DNA of 64,000 bases from Patescibacteria group bacterium (GCA_024239055.1 JANBVJ010000001.1:496572-560571), one strand, 5' to 3'. Positions 1 to 10,588 are shown, numbered from the stretch's first letter. The notes: generated by a model from the sequence alone, not told the origin. Numbers and translations are program-made.

Positions 1-1169
1 AGATTGGAGAAAAGCGTGAGGATGTTGTAAAAGCATTGGAAAAAACCTCAGGACTCACAAAAGAAGAAGCAAAAGAAGAGATTATAAAGCAGGTGGAAGT
101 GCAGTCAGAACAGGATATTCAAGTACGCATTAGAAAGCTTGAGGCTGATGCAGAAGACAGATATTCTCGCAGGGCAAAAGAGATTGTGGCCTATGCTATT
201 CAAAAGACAGCAGTCCCCCAGGCCCAAGAGATTACTACCTCTACTGTTATACTGCCTTCTGAAGACCTGAAGGGGAAGATTATTGGAAAGGAAGGAAGAA
301 ATATACGATCTTTAGAGCGTCTTGCGGGAGTTGAGATTGTTGTGGATGAGACTCCAGAAACAGTTGTTATCTCAGGATTTGATCCGCTTCGGCGTCACAT
401 TGCAAAGGTGGCTTTGGAGCGTCTTATTAAAGACGGCAGAATTCATCCCGCTCGCGTAGAAGAGGAGGTTGAGAAGGTAAAGGCCGAGGTTGAGATTCAG
501 ACGAAGGAGGCGGGAGAGGCTACTGTTTATGACCTTGGTATTGTCGGATTGGATCCAAAGTTGATTCAGCTTCTTGGACGTTTGAAGTTCCGTACCTCAT
601 TTGGTCAAAATGTACTCCTGCACTCAGTTGAGGTTGCATACTTAGCTTCAGCTCTCGCAGCTGAAATGGGAGCTGACATAAGTGTTGCAAAGAAGGCAGG
701 GCTCTTCCATGATATTGGAAAAGCGCTGGATCACGAGATTGAGGGATCCCACGTAGATATTGGAATGAAGGTGCTAGAGAAGTTCGGAGTTGAGAAAGAG
801 GTAGTTGACGCAATGAAGTCTCACCATGAGGATTATCCTTATGAATCAGTGGAGGCCATTTTAGTGCAGGCAGCTGACGCTATTTCAGCCTCACGCCCTG
901 GAGCGAGAAAAGACACCTTAGAGAATTATCTCAAACGTATTGGGGAACTTGAGACCTTAGCTTCCTCATTTGAGGGAGTGGAAAAGGCATATGCTATACA
1001 AGCGGGCAGAGAGATACGGGTATTTGTAACTCCTGAAAAGATTGATGATGCCGCCTCCCAACAGCTGGCACGGGATATTGCAAAGAGAATTGAGGAGGAG
1101 CTCAAGTATCCAGGAGAGATAAAGGTAACTCTTATTCGAGAGAATAGATTTGTAGAACACGCAAGATAA
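1..1169 (+). CDS. rny: Ribonuclease Y, 5'-truncated by the window edge
   Basis: The frame stays open to position 3 with no in-frame stop upstream of the listed start. It has a KH motif (GKIIGKEGRNIRSLE) and an HD domain (LLHSVEVA...FHDIGKA...KSHH). Confidence 0.85.
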   Translation, partial: IGEKREDVVKALEKTSGLTKEEAKEEIIKQVEVQSEQDIQVRIRKLEADAEDRYSRRAKEIVAYAIQKTAVPQAQEITTSTVILPSEDLKGKIIGKEGRNIRSLERLAGVEIVVDETPETVVISGFDPLRRHIAKVALERLIKDGRIHPARVEEEVEKVKAEVEIQTKEAGEATVYDLGIVGLDPKLIQLLGRLKFRTSFGQNVLLHSVEVAYLASALAAEMGADISVAKKAGLFHDIGKALDHEIEGSHVDIGMKVLEKFGVEKEVVDAMKSHHEDYPYESVEAILVQAADAISASRPGARKDTLENYLKRIGELETLASSFEGVEKAYAIQAGREIRVFVTPEKIDDAASQQLARDIAKRIEEELKYPGEIKVTLIRENRFVEHAR

Positions 1170-1176
1170 GAAAGAA

Positions 1177-1203
1177 CCACCCCTCTAGGGGTGGCTTTCT
1201 CTT
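1177..1203 (+). terminator. Rho-independent terminator after rny
   Basis: CCACCCCT / AGGGGTGG stem followed by the T-rich CTTTCTCTT. Confidence 0.55.
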
Positions 1204-1206
1204 GTG

Positions 1207-1278
1207 AGCGGGTGAACGGATTCGAACCGTCATCTTTTCCTTGGAAGGGAAAAATAATAGCCATTATACGACACCCGC
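1207..1278 (-). tRNA. tRNA-Gly (anticodon TCC)
   Basis: Minus-strand cloverleaf with acceptor GCGGGTG/CACCCGC, T-loop GGTTCGAATCC and anticodon arm TTTCC-CTTCCAA-GGAAA. Confidence 0.9.
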
Positions 1279-1293
1279 GGTGTTCTTTTTTTG

Positions 1294-1364
1294 TCGGGGC
1301 ACCCAGATTCGAACTGGAACTAAATCCTCCCAAAGGACTCGTGCTGCCGTTACACTATGCCCCG
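1294..1364 (-). tRNA. tRNA-Pro (anticodon TGG)
   Basis: Minus-strand acceptor CGGGGCA/TGCCCCG, anticodon arm AGTCC-TTTGGGA-GGATT and T-arm CCAGTTCGAATCTGG. Confidence 0.9.
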
Positions 1365-1426
1365 TCTCTAGTAATGTGTATACCATTTTTGTGGGTGCAG
1401 GTCAATTTATGGTATAATTTCTGAAT

Positions 1427-2398
1427 ATGACTTGGAAAGAGATTTTATCTGAACTTGATGTTTTAAACCAATGTAAGAAGTACGGTATTCCTTTGTGGCA
1501 GTGCCCGAATTTTTTGTTTTTGGTAATGGGAGGAATTATTATTTTCTCCACTCTCCTCTCCTATTTTTTGGGTAAGAGGTATATTGATGAACCTGAGGTA
1601 ACAGTCCTTATTGTTATTTTATTTACCATCATTCTTCTTATTCTTTCCTTTATCATCACACGCTCATTTGAAAGGTTGGCTGAGGCTTCACGTTTAAAGT
1701 CTGAGTTTGTGAGTATTGTTTCTCATCAACTTCGTGCCCCAATTTCTAATATGAAGTGGGCTTTAGACTTTTTGATGTCAGGAAGGTCTGGCAAGGTGGA
1801 GGATGCGCAGCTAGGATATTTTCAGATATTAAAACAGAACTCAGCACGCATGGAAGAGCTAGTCGCAGACCTTTTAGTTGTCTCGCGCATTGATCAGGGT
1901 ACGCTTCCTGTGAAAATGAGTAAATTTTCCTTTAGGGAACTCTTGGACGGAATTATCTTTGAATTTGATTCTTATTTAAAGGCCTCAAATGTTCAGCTCA
2001 AGATTGAGGGGCCAAAGATTCTGCCGCGGCTTTTACAGAATGAGGATCATATTCGAGACGTAATTCAGAATCTTTTAGATAACGCCATCCGTTACTCTGC
2101 GAATTCTGTAGAGGAAAAGAAAAGAAGTAAGATTCAGATTCGTTACGGTAAAAAAGGAAACCAGTTCTTTTTTGAAATTGAGGATAACGGAGTTGGCATT
2201 CCAAAAGAAGACCAAAAGCATATCTTTGAGAAGTTTTTCCGTTCTCGTAACGCACTAAAGCAAGAGACTCAGGGTTCAGGACTCGGGCTGTATATTGTAA
2301 AGTCTCTGATTGTATTAGCTAAAGGGCGTATTAGTTTTAAAAGTGAGCAGGATAAAGGTTCGACATTTTTATTCACTATTCCAATGTCATTAAAATGA
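1427..2398 (+). CDS. Membrane sensor histidine kinase
   Basis: N-terminal TM helices, an H-box (SHQLRAPISNM) and HATPase_c motifs (LDNAIRYS, DNGVGIP, GSGLGLYIVK). Confidence 0.85.
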   Translation: MTWKEILSELDVLNQCKKYGIPLWQCPNFLFLVMGGIIIFSTLLSYFLGKRYIDEPEVTVLIVILFTIILLILSFIITRSFERLAEASRLKSEFVSIVSHQLRAPISNMKWALDFLMSGRSGKVEDAQLGYFQILKQNSARMEELVADLLVVSRIDQGTLPVKMSKFSFRELLDGIIFEFDSYLKASNVQLKIEGPKILPRLLQNEDHIRDVIQNLLDNAIRYSANSVEEKKRSKIQIRYGKKGNQFFFEIEDNGVGIPKEDQKHIFEKFFRSRNALKQETQGSGLGLYIVKSLIVLAKGRISFKSEQDKGSTFLFTIPMSLK

Positions 2399-2763
2399 AG
2401 CAAATTTTATTCATTGAAGACGAATCAGCACTTCAGAAAACCATAGGGGAGTCGCTCAGACAGGAAGACTTTGAGGTGTTATCAGCTCTTGATGGGGAGA
2501 TAGGAATACGGACTGCAAAAGAGAAGCGTCCGGATCTTATTATTTTAGACCTTGTACTTCCCAAGAAAGATGGTTTTGAGGTTTTAGAAGATTTAAAAAA
2601 AGGAGAGGGAACTAAAAATATTCCTGTTATTGTTCTTACAAATCTAGAGGATTTAAAGGGCATACAGCGAGCTATTGATTTGGGAGCAACCACATATTTA
2701 GTAAAGTCCAATTACCGATTGGACGAGGTCGTGGAAAAAATCAAAGGTGTACTTTCCTCATGA
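2395..2763 (+). CDS. Stand-alone response-regulator receiver (CheY/PilH-like)
   Basis: 122 aa with receiver motifs (IEDE, DLIILDLVLPKKDG, VIVLTN...K) and no output domain. Its start overlaps the kinase stop by 4 nt. Confidence 0.85.
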   Translation: MKQILFIEDESALQKTIGESLRQEDFEVLSALDGEIGIRTAKEKRPDLIILDLVLPKKDGFEVLEDLKKGEGTKNIPVIVLTNLEDLKGIQRAIDLGATTYLVKSNYRLDEVVEKIKGVLSS

Positions 2764-4502
2764 AGGTTGAGAACCAGCAGTTAAAGGCCTTTCTCTTGGA
2801 CTCGGGTTTAGTGAAGAAAAAGGATTTAGATGCAGCTGATAAAAAGGCAGCTAAGACAAAAAAGCGTTTGTCTGATGTGCTGCTTGCGGGAGGCTTTATC
2901 TCAGAGGAGGAGCTGATTAAGATGGAAGCTTACATCTTGGGTATTCCTTTTGTAAACTTGATAGAAGAGAAGATTCCTTCTGAGATATTAAAACTTATTC
3001 CAGAACCTATTGCTCGCTCTCACAACATTGTGGCTTTCCGTAAAAAAGGCCAGGAGCTTGAAGTTGCTATGTTGGATCCCGAGGATTTGGCAACTATAGA
3101 CTTTATTAGAAAGAAGTCTAATCTCAAAATTCTTCCACGGCTTACGACCCCAGAGGGTATGAAGCAGGTCTTGCGCCAGTACTCAAAGACCTTGGAAGCT
3201 GAATTCGGGGATATTATTAAAAAGGATGTTGGCGGCATTAAATCTCTCAGAGATAAGGGTTTGGATGAAGGAAAAAATCTTAAAAAAACGGCGGAAGAGC
3301 TCCCTGTCATCCGTATCGTAGATACCTTGTTAAAGCATGCAATTCTACAGCGTGCTTCTGATATTCATATTGAACTTACTGAGAGAGAGGTTTTAGTACG
3401 TTATCGTATTGACGGTGTACTTCGTGACGCGATGGTGCTTCCCAGACAGGCCACCTCTGGTATAGTGGCGCGTATTAAAGTGCTGGCTAATTTAAAACTA
3501 GACGAGCATCGACTTCCTCAGGATGGTAGATTTAAAGTAGAGGCAGAGGAATATAAGTACTCTGTCCGTGTCTCAATTCTTCCGGTATTCGGGGGCGAGA
3601 AGGTGGTTATGCGTTTGCTTTCTGAAACCGCTGATGCCTTTACTTTAGAAGAACTTGGATTGCGTGGAGTGGCTCTAGAGGTTATACAGGATGGATTGAA
3701 ACGCCCGGTTGGCATGATTTTGGTCACAGGTCCCACGGGTTCAGGTAAAACTACCACTCTGTATTCCATGATGGAGATTTTAAATACACCTGAGGTGAAT
3801 ATCTCTACAGTAGAAGATCCCATAGAGTATAGGATGCCGCGTATTAATCAGACTCAGGTGAATTCAAGAATTGGGCTTACCTTTGCCTCAGGTCTCAGGT
3901 CTCTTTTGCGTCAGGACCCTGATATTATGATGGTAGGAGAGATTAGAGATAAGGAGACCGCGGGTCTTGCCATTAATTCAGCATTAACCGGGCACCTAGT
4001 GCTTTCTACTCTTCATACTAATAATGCCGCTGGGGCTGTACCAAGATTGATTGATATGAAAGTGGAACCATTTCTCATTTCTTCTACTTTAAGTGTTATC
4101 GTGGCGCAGCGATTAGTACGGAGACTGTGTGAGGATAAAAAAGAGTATAAACTTTCTCAAAAAGATATAGTTGAAATTGGGAAATACTGCGATCTGAAAA
4201 AAGTACTCAGTATGATACAAAAAGAGAAGGGAGCGAACGTAAAGACTATAGGAGATGTTGTGTTTTATCATCCTCAGGTAAAAAAGGTATGCCCCGATGG
4301 ATATAAGGGACGAGTTGGAATTTATGAAGTTATGCCAGTGACAGAAACCTTAAAACAGTTGTTCGTGAATGGAGCCACATCAGATCAGATTCAGGAAAGA
4401 GCGGTCACAGAAGGTATGGTTACTATGGTAGAGGATGGTCTTATAAAGGCTGCCCAAGGACTGACTTCTATTGAAGAGGTTCTGAGGGTTATTACTGAGT
4501 AA
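2760..4502 (+). CDS. pilB: Type IV pilus assembly ATPase PilB/GspE, copy 1
   Basis: T2SS-E N-terminal domain, RLPQDGRF, Walker A GPTGSGKTTTLYSM, Asp/His boxes and a C-terminal Cys cluster. Confidence 0.9.
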   Translation: MKVENQQLKAFLLDSGLVKKKDLDAADKKAAKTKKRLSDVLLAGGFISEEELIKMEAYILGIPFVNLIEEKIPSEILKLIPEPIARSHNIVAFRKKGQELEVAMLDPEDLATIDFIRKKSNLKILPRLTTPEGMKQVLRQYSKTLEAEFGDIIKKDVGGIKSLRDKGLDEGKNLKKTAEELPVIRIVDTLLKHAILQRASDIHIELTEREVLVRYRIDGVLRDAMVLPRQATSGIVARIKVLANLKLDEHRLPQDGRFKVEAEEYKYSVRVSILPVFGGEKVVMRLLSETADAFTLEELGLRGVALEVIQDGLKRPVGMILVTGPTGSGKTTTLYSMMEILNTPEVNISTVEDPIEYRMPRINQTQVNSRIGLTFASGLRSLLRQDPDIMMVGEIRDKETAGLAINSALTGHLVLSTLHTNNAAGAVPRLIDMKVEPFLISSTLSVIVAQRLVRRLCEDKKEYKLSQKDIVEIGKYCDLKKVLSMIQKEKGANVKTIGDVVFYHPQVKKVCPDGYKGRVGIYEVMPVTETLKQLFVNGATSDQIQERAVTEGMVTMVEDGLIKAAQGLTSIEEVLRVITE

Positions 4503-4503
4503 A

Positions 4504-5727
4504 ATGCCTCAATATTCATACACGGCTACCTCCTATAAGGGAAAGAAAATATCTGGGCAGGAGAGCGCAGCTTCTGTTCAGGAACTGGCTCGTTTACTTC
4601 ACAAGAAAGGATATGTTTTAGTTTCCTCAAAAGATGCAGAGAAGAAGGGAGTTTTCTCCATGGAAATCCAAAATCCCCTTGAGGCACTATTTGGAGTTTC
4701 TCTAGTGGATAAACTCATGTTTGTACGTAATCTTCAAGTGATGGTGGCTTCGGGCGTCTCTCTTCCAAGGGCTTTGGGTGTTCTTAGTCGCCAGACAAAG
4801 TCTCTGAAGTTTAAGAAATCCATTGAAGATATATCAGATAGGATTATAAAGGGATCTTCACTGTCTGATGCAATGGAAGCGCATGGAAAAATATTCTCAG
4901 AGCTTTTTGTGAATATGGTCAGGGTAGGAGAAGAATCAGGAACCATGGAAAAGGTACTGTCTAACCTGACGGTGCAGTTGGAACAGGAGCACGAGATACG
5001 TTCACGAGTTATGGGAGCTCTTATGTATCCTGCGGTTATCTTAGTTGCCATGTTTGGTATAGGAGTACTCATGCTTGTGCTTGTGGTGCCTACATTGGCT
5101 AAAACCTTTGAGGATTTGAATGTGGATCTTCCGCCAACCACTCAGGTTATAATTGGTCTTGGAGAGTTTGTTAGTAATTTTTGGTATTTTGCTATCCTTA
5201 TTTTGATTGTGCTCGTATGGGCAGGATATTTCCTTTTTCGCATGCCTCAGGTCAAGCGTATCTTTGATACAGTTATTCTGCGTACTCCTGTATTTGGAGA
5301 TATTGTGAGAAAGGTTAATGCTGCTTTTACCGCTCGTACTTTATCTTCACTTATATCTTCGGGAGTTCCTATTACAAGGTCACTTGAGATTACATCTCAT
5401 ATTTTGGGAAATGTGCATTTTCGAGATGCGCTTTTAGATGCGGCCACCCAGATGAAAAAAGGAGACAAGCTGTCTAAGATTTTAGGTAAATATGAGAACT
5501 TATATCCTGTGCTGGTGGTGCAAATGATAGAGGTTGGAGAGGAGACAGGACGGACAGCAGAGATATTAGAGAAGCTGGCTGATTTTTTTGAAGAAGAGGT
5601 GACTAGTATTACAGAAAATCTAACTTCAATTATAGAACCCATTTTGATGCTGATTATTGGAGCTGTTGTAGGGTTCTTTGCTATTTCTATGATTCAGCCA
5701 ATGTATTCGCTTTTGGGTTCAGTCTGA
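4504..5727 (+). CDS. pilC: Type IV pilus platform protein PilC/GspF, copy 1
   Basis: 407 aa with the duplicated GspF-type domain (GEESG..., GEETGR...) and three TM segments, immediately after pilB. Confidence 0.9.
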   Translation: MPQYSYTATSYKGKKISGQESAASVQELARLLHKKGYVLVSSKDAEKKGVFSMEIQNPLEALFGVSLVDKLMFVRNLQVMVASGVSLPRALGVLSRQTKSLKFKKSIEDISDRIIKGSSLSDAMEAHGKIFSELFVNMVRVGEESGTMEKVLSNLTVQLEQEHEIRSRVMGALMYPAVILVAMFGIGVLMLVLVVPTLAKTFEDLNVDLPPTTQVIIGLGEFVSNFWYFAILILIVLVWAGYFLFRMPQVKRIFDTVILRTPVFGDIVRKVNAAFTARTLSSLISSGVPITRSLEITSHILGNVHFRDALLDAATQMKKGDKLSKILGKYENLYPVLVVQMIEVGEETGRTAEILEKLADFFEEEVTSITENLTSIIEPILMLIIGAVVGFFAISMIQPMYSLLGSV

Positions 5728-6584
5728 TGAAAGGAGCTACACTTCTTGAGGTAATAATTGGAATAGCGGTTCTTTTTATTCTTGTTGCCATTGCGCTTCC
5801 GAGTTCTTCTACTAAAAAGACTACGGATATTCAGATAGATGCTCAACAGATTGTCTCTACTCTTTCTCTTGCGAGGAGTAGAACTACGGCTTCAGAATCA
5901 GCTTCCCAGCATGGTGTATTCTTTGATGTCGTATCTTCTAGCTATACACTCTTTGAGGGATCAGATTATATTTCCCGTGATATAGGAGAAGACCAGGTAT
6001 TTGAGCTTTCCTCCTCAGTTGAGATTTCCTCGGTGTCCTTTGCGGGAGGTAACGAGATTGTCTTTGAACGTATTTATGGAAGTACCCTCCAGTCAGGTTC
6101 TCTTGTTCTTGAGCTTGTTTCTGACCCAAGTGTTACTTCCACTGTGCTGGTTGCGCCTTCAGGACAGATTGATACATCTTCACCATTGGCTCCTTCAGAC
6201 AACGGTAGAGTGGTAGATTCAAGGCATGTCCACATAGAATATGTGGGACGTGATATAAATACGTCTATAGAAAATATTGTACTCACCTTTCCTACTGCAA
6301 CTGAGATTATTCCCATTTCAGATAATATGTCTGGAGGAGAGATTGTGTGGTCTTCAACTATTATGGTTGATGGGGAGGAGCAGCAACTTAGTATCCAGAC
6401 GCACAGGCTGAATGATATTATGCTTGGAACTCAGCTTTCTATAAAACGGGACAGAGGATTTAATACCAAGGCGTTGGAAGTGAGTCTGTCAGGAGACGTG
6501 AGCGGGGAGATAATAATTTATACAGCTTTAGGGGAATTAACGCCCGGAACTTCAATTTATGCGTCAACTCCAGATATTCAATAA
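5727..6584 (+). CDS. Minor pilin / pseudopilin-like protein (GspH/FimT-like N-terminus)
   Basis: Prepilin-like N-terminus MKG|ATLLEVIIGIAVLFILV followed by an ...ARSRTTA... region, located in the pilin operon. Confidence 0.55.
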   Translation: MKGATLLEVIIGIAVLFILVAIALPSSSTKKTTDIQIDAQQIVSTLSLARSRTTASESASQHGVFFDVVSSSYTLFEGSDYISRDIGEDQVFELSSSVEISSVSFAGGNEIVFERIYGSTLQSGSLVLELVSDPSVTSTVLVAPSGQIDTSSPLAPSDNGRVVDSRHVHIEYVGRDINTSIENIVLTFPTATEIIPISDNMSGGEIVWSSTIMVDGEEQQLSIQTHRLNDIMLGTQLSIKRDRGFNTKALEVSLSGDVSGEIIIYTALGELTPGTSIYASTPDIQ

Positions 6585-7083
6585 CAAAGACGGGGTAACA
6601 GTGGTTGAAATTATGGTGGCAGTTTCCATTCTTACCATAGCTTTAGGTGGTATATTAGCTCTGGCTTCTTTTTCTTTTGTTAGTACAGATTTAGCCTCAC
6701 AAAACCTGCAGGCCTCGGCCTTAGCTAAAGGAACGATAGAAGCTCTGCGTAACTACCGGGATGGCATTGCTTGGGATAATGATGACGCGGGCAATGAGTA
6801 CGATGGTTTGGGTGTTCTTTCTGTTGGAGTGCAATATTATCCTGAGATTTCAGGAGATGCCATTCCTAAATGGAAGTTTATACAGGGCGTTGAGACCACA
6901 GGCATCTTTGAGAGGAGCGTGGTCTTTGAAAATGTAGAGAGAGATGTTTTAGATACCATCACGGAATCAGGAGGAGTTGTGGACTTAAATACAAAGAAGG
7001 CAACAGTGACAGTCTTTTGGGAAGAGCGAGGCAGGACACATTCTGTTGACTTGGTAAGTTACTTTACGAACTGGAATAAATGA
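6559..7083 (+). CDS. Minor pilin-like protein (PilV-like)
   Basis: Class III signal-like N-terminus ...KDG|VTVVEIMVAVSILTIALGG. The start is uncertain because it overlaps the upstream gene by 26 nt. Confidence 0.5.
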   Translation: MRQLQIFNNKDGVTVVEIMVAVSILTIALGGILALASFSFVSTDLASQNLQASALAKGTIEALRNYRDGIAWDNDDAGNEYDGLGVLSVGVQYYPEISGDAIPKWKFIQGVETTGIFERSVVFENVERDVLDTITESGGVVDLNTKKATVTVFWEERGRTHSVDLVSYFTNWNK

Positions 7084-7607
7084 GAATTAAACTGCAACAG
7101 CATAATCGTGGATTTACCTTAATTGAGCTTCTTGTGTATGCGGCCCTCTTAGTTTTGATTGTAGCTGCGGTAACTACATTGCTTTTTGGAGTTTTAAAAT
7201 CCCATGTAAAAGCACGTGCTGTAAGGGATGTTATACATAATACCATTCTTGCAACAGATGCCGTCTCACTAGAGATAAAGGAAGCTACAAGTGTATATGA
7301 TTCTACGACAAGTAGTAGTCAACTGTCTTTGGAAACAACAAAAAATCTTCCTGTTGGGGAAACAAGTACGTATGTGGACTTTTTTATCTGTGAAAGTCGG
7401 CTGTGTATAAAGAGAGAATCTCAGTCCCCTATTGCTTTGACATCAGATTCAGTTGAGATTCGAAGTCTTGTATTTCAAAAGGTTGTGACCGGTTCCATCC
7501 CTTCTATTGTAATGAATCTACGCATTGGCTCTGTTAACCCAGAGAACAGATCAGATCTGGAGGCGGAGATAGAAACTACCTCTGTTATATCATTTAGGGC
7601 ATACTAA
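7080..7607 (+). CDS. Minor type IV pilin with a canonical prepilin motif
   Basis: N-terminus ...HNRG|FTLIELLVYAALLVLIV, which is the G/FTLIE N-methylation motif. Confidence 0.75.
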   Translation: MRIKLQQHNRGFTLIELLVYAALLVLIVAAVTTLLFGVLKSHVKARAVRDVIHNTILATDAVSLEIKEATSVYDSTTSSSQLSLETTKNLPVGETSTYVDFFICESRLCIKRESQSPIALTSDSVEIRSLVFQKVVTGSIPSIVMNLRIGSVNPENRSDLEAEIETTSVISFRAY

Positions 7608-7608
7608 T

Positions 7609-8901
7609 ATGTTTGGTTCTTCACAAAAAGGATTCGCAGCAATATATATTACCTTAGTGGTTCTTGCAGTTTTGTTTAGTATTGGCTCTTCTCTTTTCTT
7701 TACAACCTTTCAGGAACAGGCAAGGATACAGAATAATCTAAGGTCTTCTCAGGCGTATGTTGGCGCTGAGTCAGGTCTTGAGGATGCACTCTTGAGGGTA
7801 TCTGAAGCTATGAATGTACCTTCTACCTATACCTTTGCTGTTGCTGGTACGGAAGCTGAAGTTGTTGTTCTTGAGGATATTAGTGGAACCAGAACTATTA
7901 CGGTTAAGGGAGATAGATTGAATCGTATCCGTAATATTGAGGGTGTATATGCGCTTTCTGGGACGGGTTCTGCGTTCTTTTTCGGAGCTCAGGTAGGAGA
8001 GGGAGGTCTTGAGATGGATAATAATAGCACTGTGATTGGTAACGTTTACAGCAATGGTCCAATTGAGGGAGATAATGGAGCTGAGATTACGGGATCCGTG
8101 GTTGTGGCGGGGGATGCTTTAAGCGATAACGAGATTGAGGATGTAAGTATTAGCGGGAATGCTGCAGCTCCATCGTTTGACGACTGCAGTGTAGGAGGAG
8201 ATATTACCTTTGTGACTGGCGGGGAAGTGGATGACTGCCCTGCAGAAGGTTCTGTTATTGAGCAGTCAGACCCCATACCTTCTGCTGATTTTCCTATTGA
8301 GCAGGCGCAAATTGATGCATGGAAGGCGGATGCGGCAGCCGGAGGTATTATTTCGGCAGGTGACTTTTCTCCTCCTTCCGGGGATACCGTGAACATTGGT
8401 CCTGGGGTTATTGAAGGGGATATGGAGCTGAAGAATAATCAGACGGTGGTACTGACGGGAATTGTATATGTAAAAGGCGGCATTGATATTGATAATGGGG
8501 CTTCTGTTGTTCTCTCATCTTCATATGGAAGCTCTTCTGGTATTCTGCTAACCGACACGTGGATACATACAAAGAATAATGGAGAGTTTGGGGGATCTGG
8601 AGTTGAGGGCAGTTATCTTATGATGATGGCTCTTGGTGACTGTAAGGGAAGTCCAGGAGGTGATTGTACAGATCATGATGGAGCAATTGATCTTCATAAC
8701 AACGCAGAGGGAGCTATTTTTTACGCTCCCAATGGATTATTAAACCTTCATAACAATGTGAATGTTACCCAGGCAACTGCTTGGAAGTTAAAACTGTCAA
8801 AGAATACTGTTCTTGAATACTCCATTGGGTTGGAATCAGCTTTGTTTGTCTCCGGTCCGTCAGCGGGTTGGGAGGTTACGAGTTGGAAAGAGGTTGAGTA
8901 A
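7609..8901 (+). CDS. Large PilX-like minor pilin or pilus-tip protein
   Basis: N-terminus SQKG|FAAIYITLVVLAVLF followed by a 400-aa G/D/S-rich beta-like region. It is last in the minor-pilin row. Confidence 0.45.
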   Translation: MFGSSQKGFAAIYITLVVLAVLFSIGSSLFFTTFQEQARIQNNLRSSQAYVGAESGLEDALLRVSEAMNVPSTYTFAVAGTEAEVVVLEDISGTRTITVKGDRLNRIRNIEGVYALSGTGSAFFFGAQVGEGGLEMDNNSTVIGNVYSNGPIEGDNGAEITGSVVVAGDALSDNEIEDVSISGNAAAPSFDDCSVGGDITFVTGGEVDDCPAEGSVIEQSDPIPSADFPIEQAQIDAWKADAAAGGIISAGDFSPPSGDTVNIGPGVIEGDMELKNNQTVVLTGIVYVKGGIDIDNGASVVLSSSYGSSSGILLTDTWIHTKNNGEFGGSGVEGSYLMMMALGDCKGSPGGDCTDHDGAIDLHNNAEGAIFYAPNGLLNLHNNVNVTQATAWKLKLSKNTVLEYSIGLESALFVSGPSAGWEVTSWKEVE

Positions 8902-8925
8902 TGGTGCTACAATATCATATATACA

Positions 8926-10026
8926 ATGAATTTTAATTTTTTCAGTTTAAGACCAGATGCATTTGGGCTAGATATATCAGATCTTTCTATAAAGATTACG
9001 AGGCTCAAGCATTCTCGTAAGGGTTTAGTCTTGTCTTCGTTTGGCGAAGTTGAACTTATGGAAGGTATAGTGAAGGAGGGAGAGGTAAAAAATCCCGATC
9101 AGCTGGTTTCTGCAATACAAAAGGTAGTTAAAGAAGTGAAGGGAATATCCTTGGATACAAAATGGGCTGTTGTATCTTTGCCAGAGGAAAAGGCGTTTTT
9201 ACAGGTAGTTCAGTTACCTAAAATGAAGCCGGATCAGATTGAAAATGCCGTGCGTTTTGAATCTGAAAACTATATTCCATATTCTTTGGATACCGTATAT
9301 CTGGATTCGCAGATTGTTGCACCTTTAAAAGGCAGCCTTGATCATATGGATGTATTACTTGCCTCCCTGCCTCGTCTGACTGTGGATGCTTATCTTGCCG
9401 CCATACAAAAGGCGGGAGTTCTGCCGCTTGCATTTGAGATTGAGTCTTTGTCTATTGCGCGTTCTATTATTCCAAACGAGGTTACAGCAACTCCTCAGCT
9501 TATTATAGATCTTGGAGCGACACGTACATCCTTTATTATTTTTGCAGGATCTAGTCTCCGCTTTACCGCATCTATTCCAATCTCTTCTGTACAGTTATCA
9601 GAACACATTGCAAAATCTCTGAATATTGATGTAAAACAAGCAGAGTATGCCAAGGCTCATTATGGTTTGGTTGGCGTGAATGATCCCGAAGGAAGAGAGG
9701 TCTTTGATGCTCTTATTCCTCCTATTACAGATCTCTTAGAACAGATAAAAAAGCATATGAGCTTTTACGAATCTCATGCTCAGCATCAGCATCTTCCAGC
9801 GCGCAGGAGTGCCATTAAAAAGGTCTTGTTGTGCGGCGGCGGCGCAAATCTTCCCGGACTCACGGAGTTTCTTAGAAAGGAGTTGGATCTTGATGTAAAA
9901 TTAGGAAACCCTTGGTCTAACATTCTTCCTTCTCCTTTAAGAGAGGTTCCTGGAATGCCATTTAAGGATTCTGTACGTTATACTACAGCTCTAGGGCTTG
10001 CCCTTAGAGGCGTGAGAACAGAATAA
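8926..10026 (+). CDS. pilM: Type IV pilus assembly protein PilM, copy 1
   Basis: Actin-like ATPase fold motifs (GLDISDLSIK, IIDLGATRTS, LCGGGANLPGL). Its position before the PilN/O-like genes fits. Confidence 0.85.
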   Translation: MNFNFFSLRPDAFGLDISDLSIKITRLKHSRKGLVLSSFGEVELMEGIVKEGEVKNPDQLVSAIQKVVKEVKGISLDTKWAVVSLPEEKAFLQVVQLPKMKPDQIENAVRFESENYIPYSLDTVYLDSQIVAPLKGSLDHMDVLLASLPRLTVDAYLAAIQKAGVLPLAFEIESLSIARSIIPNEVTATPQLIIDLGATRTSFIIFAGSSLRFTASIPISSVQLSEHIAKSLNIDVKQAEYAKAHYGLVGVNDPEGREVFDALIPPITDLLEQIKKHMSFYESHAQHQHLPARRSAIKKVLLCGGGANLPGLTEFLRKELDLDVKLGNPWSNILPSPLREVPGMPFKDSVRYTTALGLALRGVRTE

Positions 10027-10027
10027 T

Positions 10028-10588
10028 ATGATTAATCTTCTTCCCCCATCTTTCAAAGAAAGCATTAGACAAGAGGAGAATCTACGTCTTCTTGCGATTC
10101 TTCTCGTACTCTTATTTTTATTTCTGCTTTCCCTGTCCTTTCTTTTAGTGTCTTTACGCATATTTCTTGGAGGAGAGATAAAGATAGAAAAAGCAAAACT
10201 TGTTGTGCAAGAAGAAACATTGGATAAACACAAAGAGCAGGAGGTTATTAAAAGTCTAAATTGGGATGTTCTCAATACGGTTCGGGTATACCGCAGGCAG
10301 GTACAGCTCAGAGCAGTATTTGCAAGTCTCACTGATAATCTTCCCAATAGTATGATTGTAGAGAACTTCAGCTATACTCCCTCTTCTGAGGTTGTAGTCA
10401 AAGAAGAGACCAAAATTATTCCAGCAAAGCTTATGTTGTCTGGTTTTGCGCCAACCAGAGAGATTCTCTTTTCTTTCAAGCAGAATCTAGAGACAGATTC
10501 CTTATTTAAGACAGTCACATTTCCTCCATCAAACTGGGTGAATTCTCAAGACATTATCTTTTCAGTATCACTTGAACTGGAATCATGA
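10028..10588 (+). CDS. pilN: PilN-like bitopic membrane protein, copy 1
   Basis: MINLLP start, a single TM helix and a coiled segment. The call rests on synteny after pilM. Confidence 0.6.
   Translation: MINLLPPSFKESIRQEENLRLLAILLVLLFLFLLSLSFLLVSLRIFLGGEIKIEKAKLVVQEETLDKHKEQEVIKSLNWDVLNTVRVYRRQVQLRAVFASLTDNLPNSMIVENFSYTPSSEVVVKEETKIIPAKLMLSGFAPTREILFSFKQNLETDSLFKTVTFPPSNWVNSQDIIFSVSLELES

Noticed and set aside
1191-1424. Listed ORFs 1191..1424 (+) and 926..1333 (-)
   Set aside because: They cover tRNA-Gly, tRNA-Pro and the antisense of rny, so they are artefacts of tRNA sequence and antisense frames.
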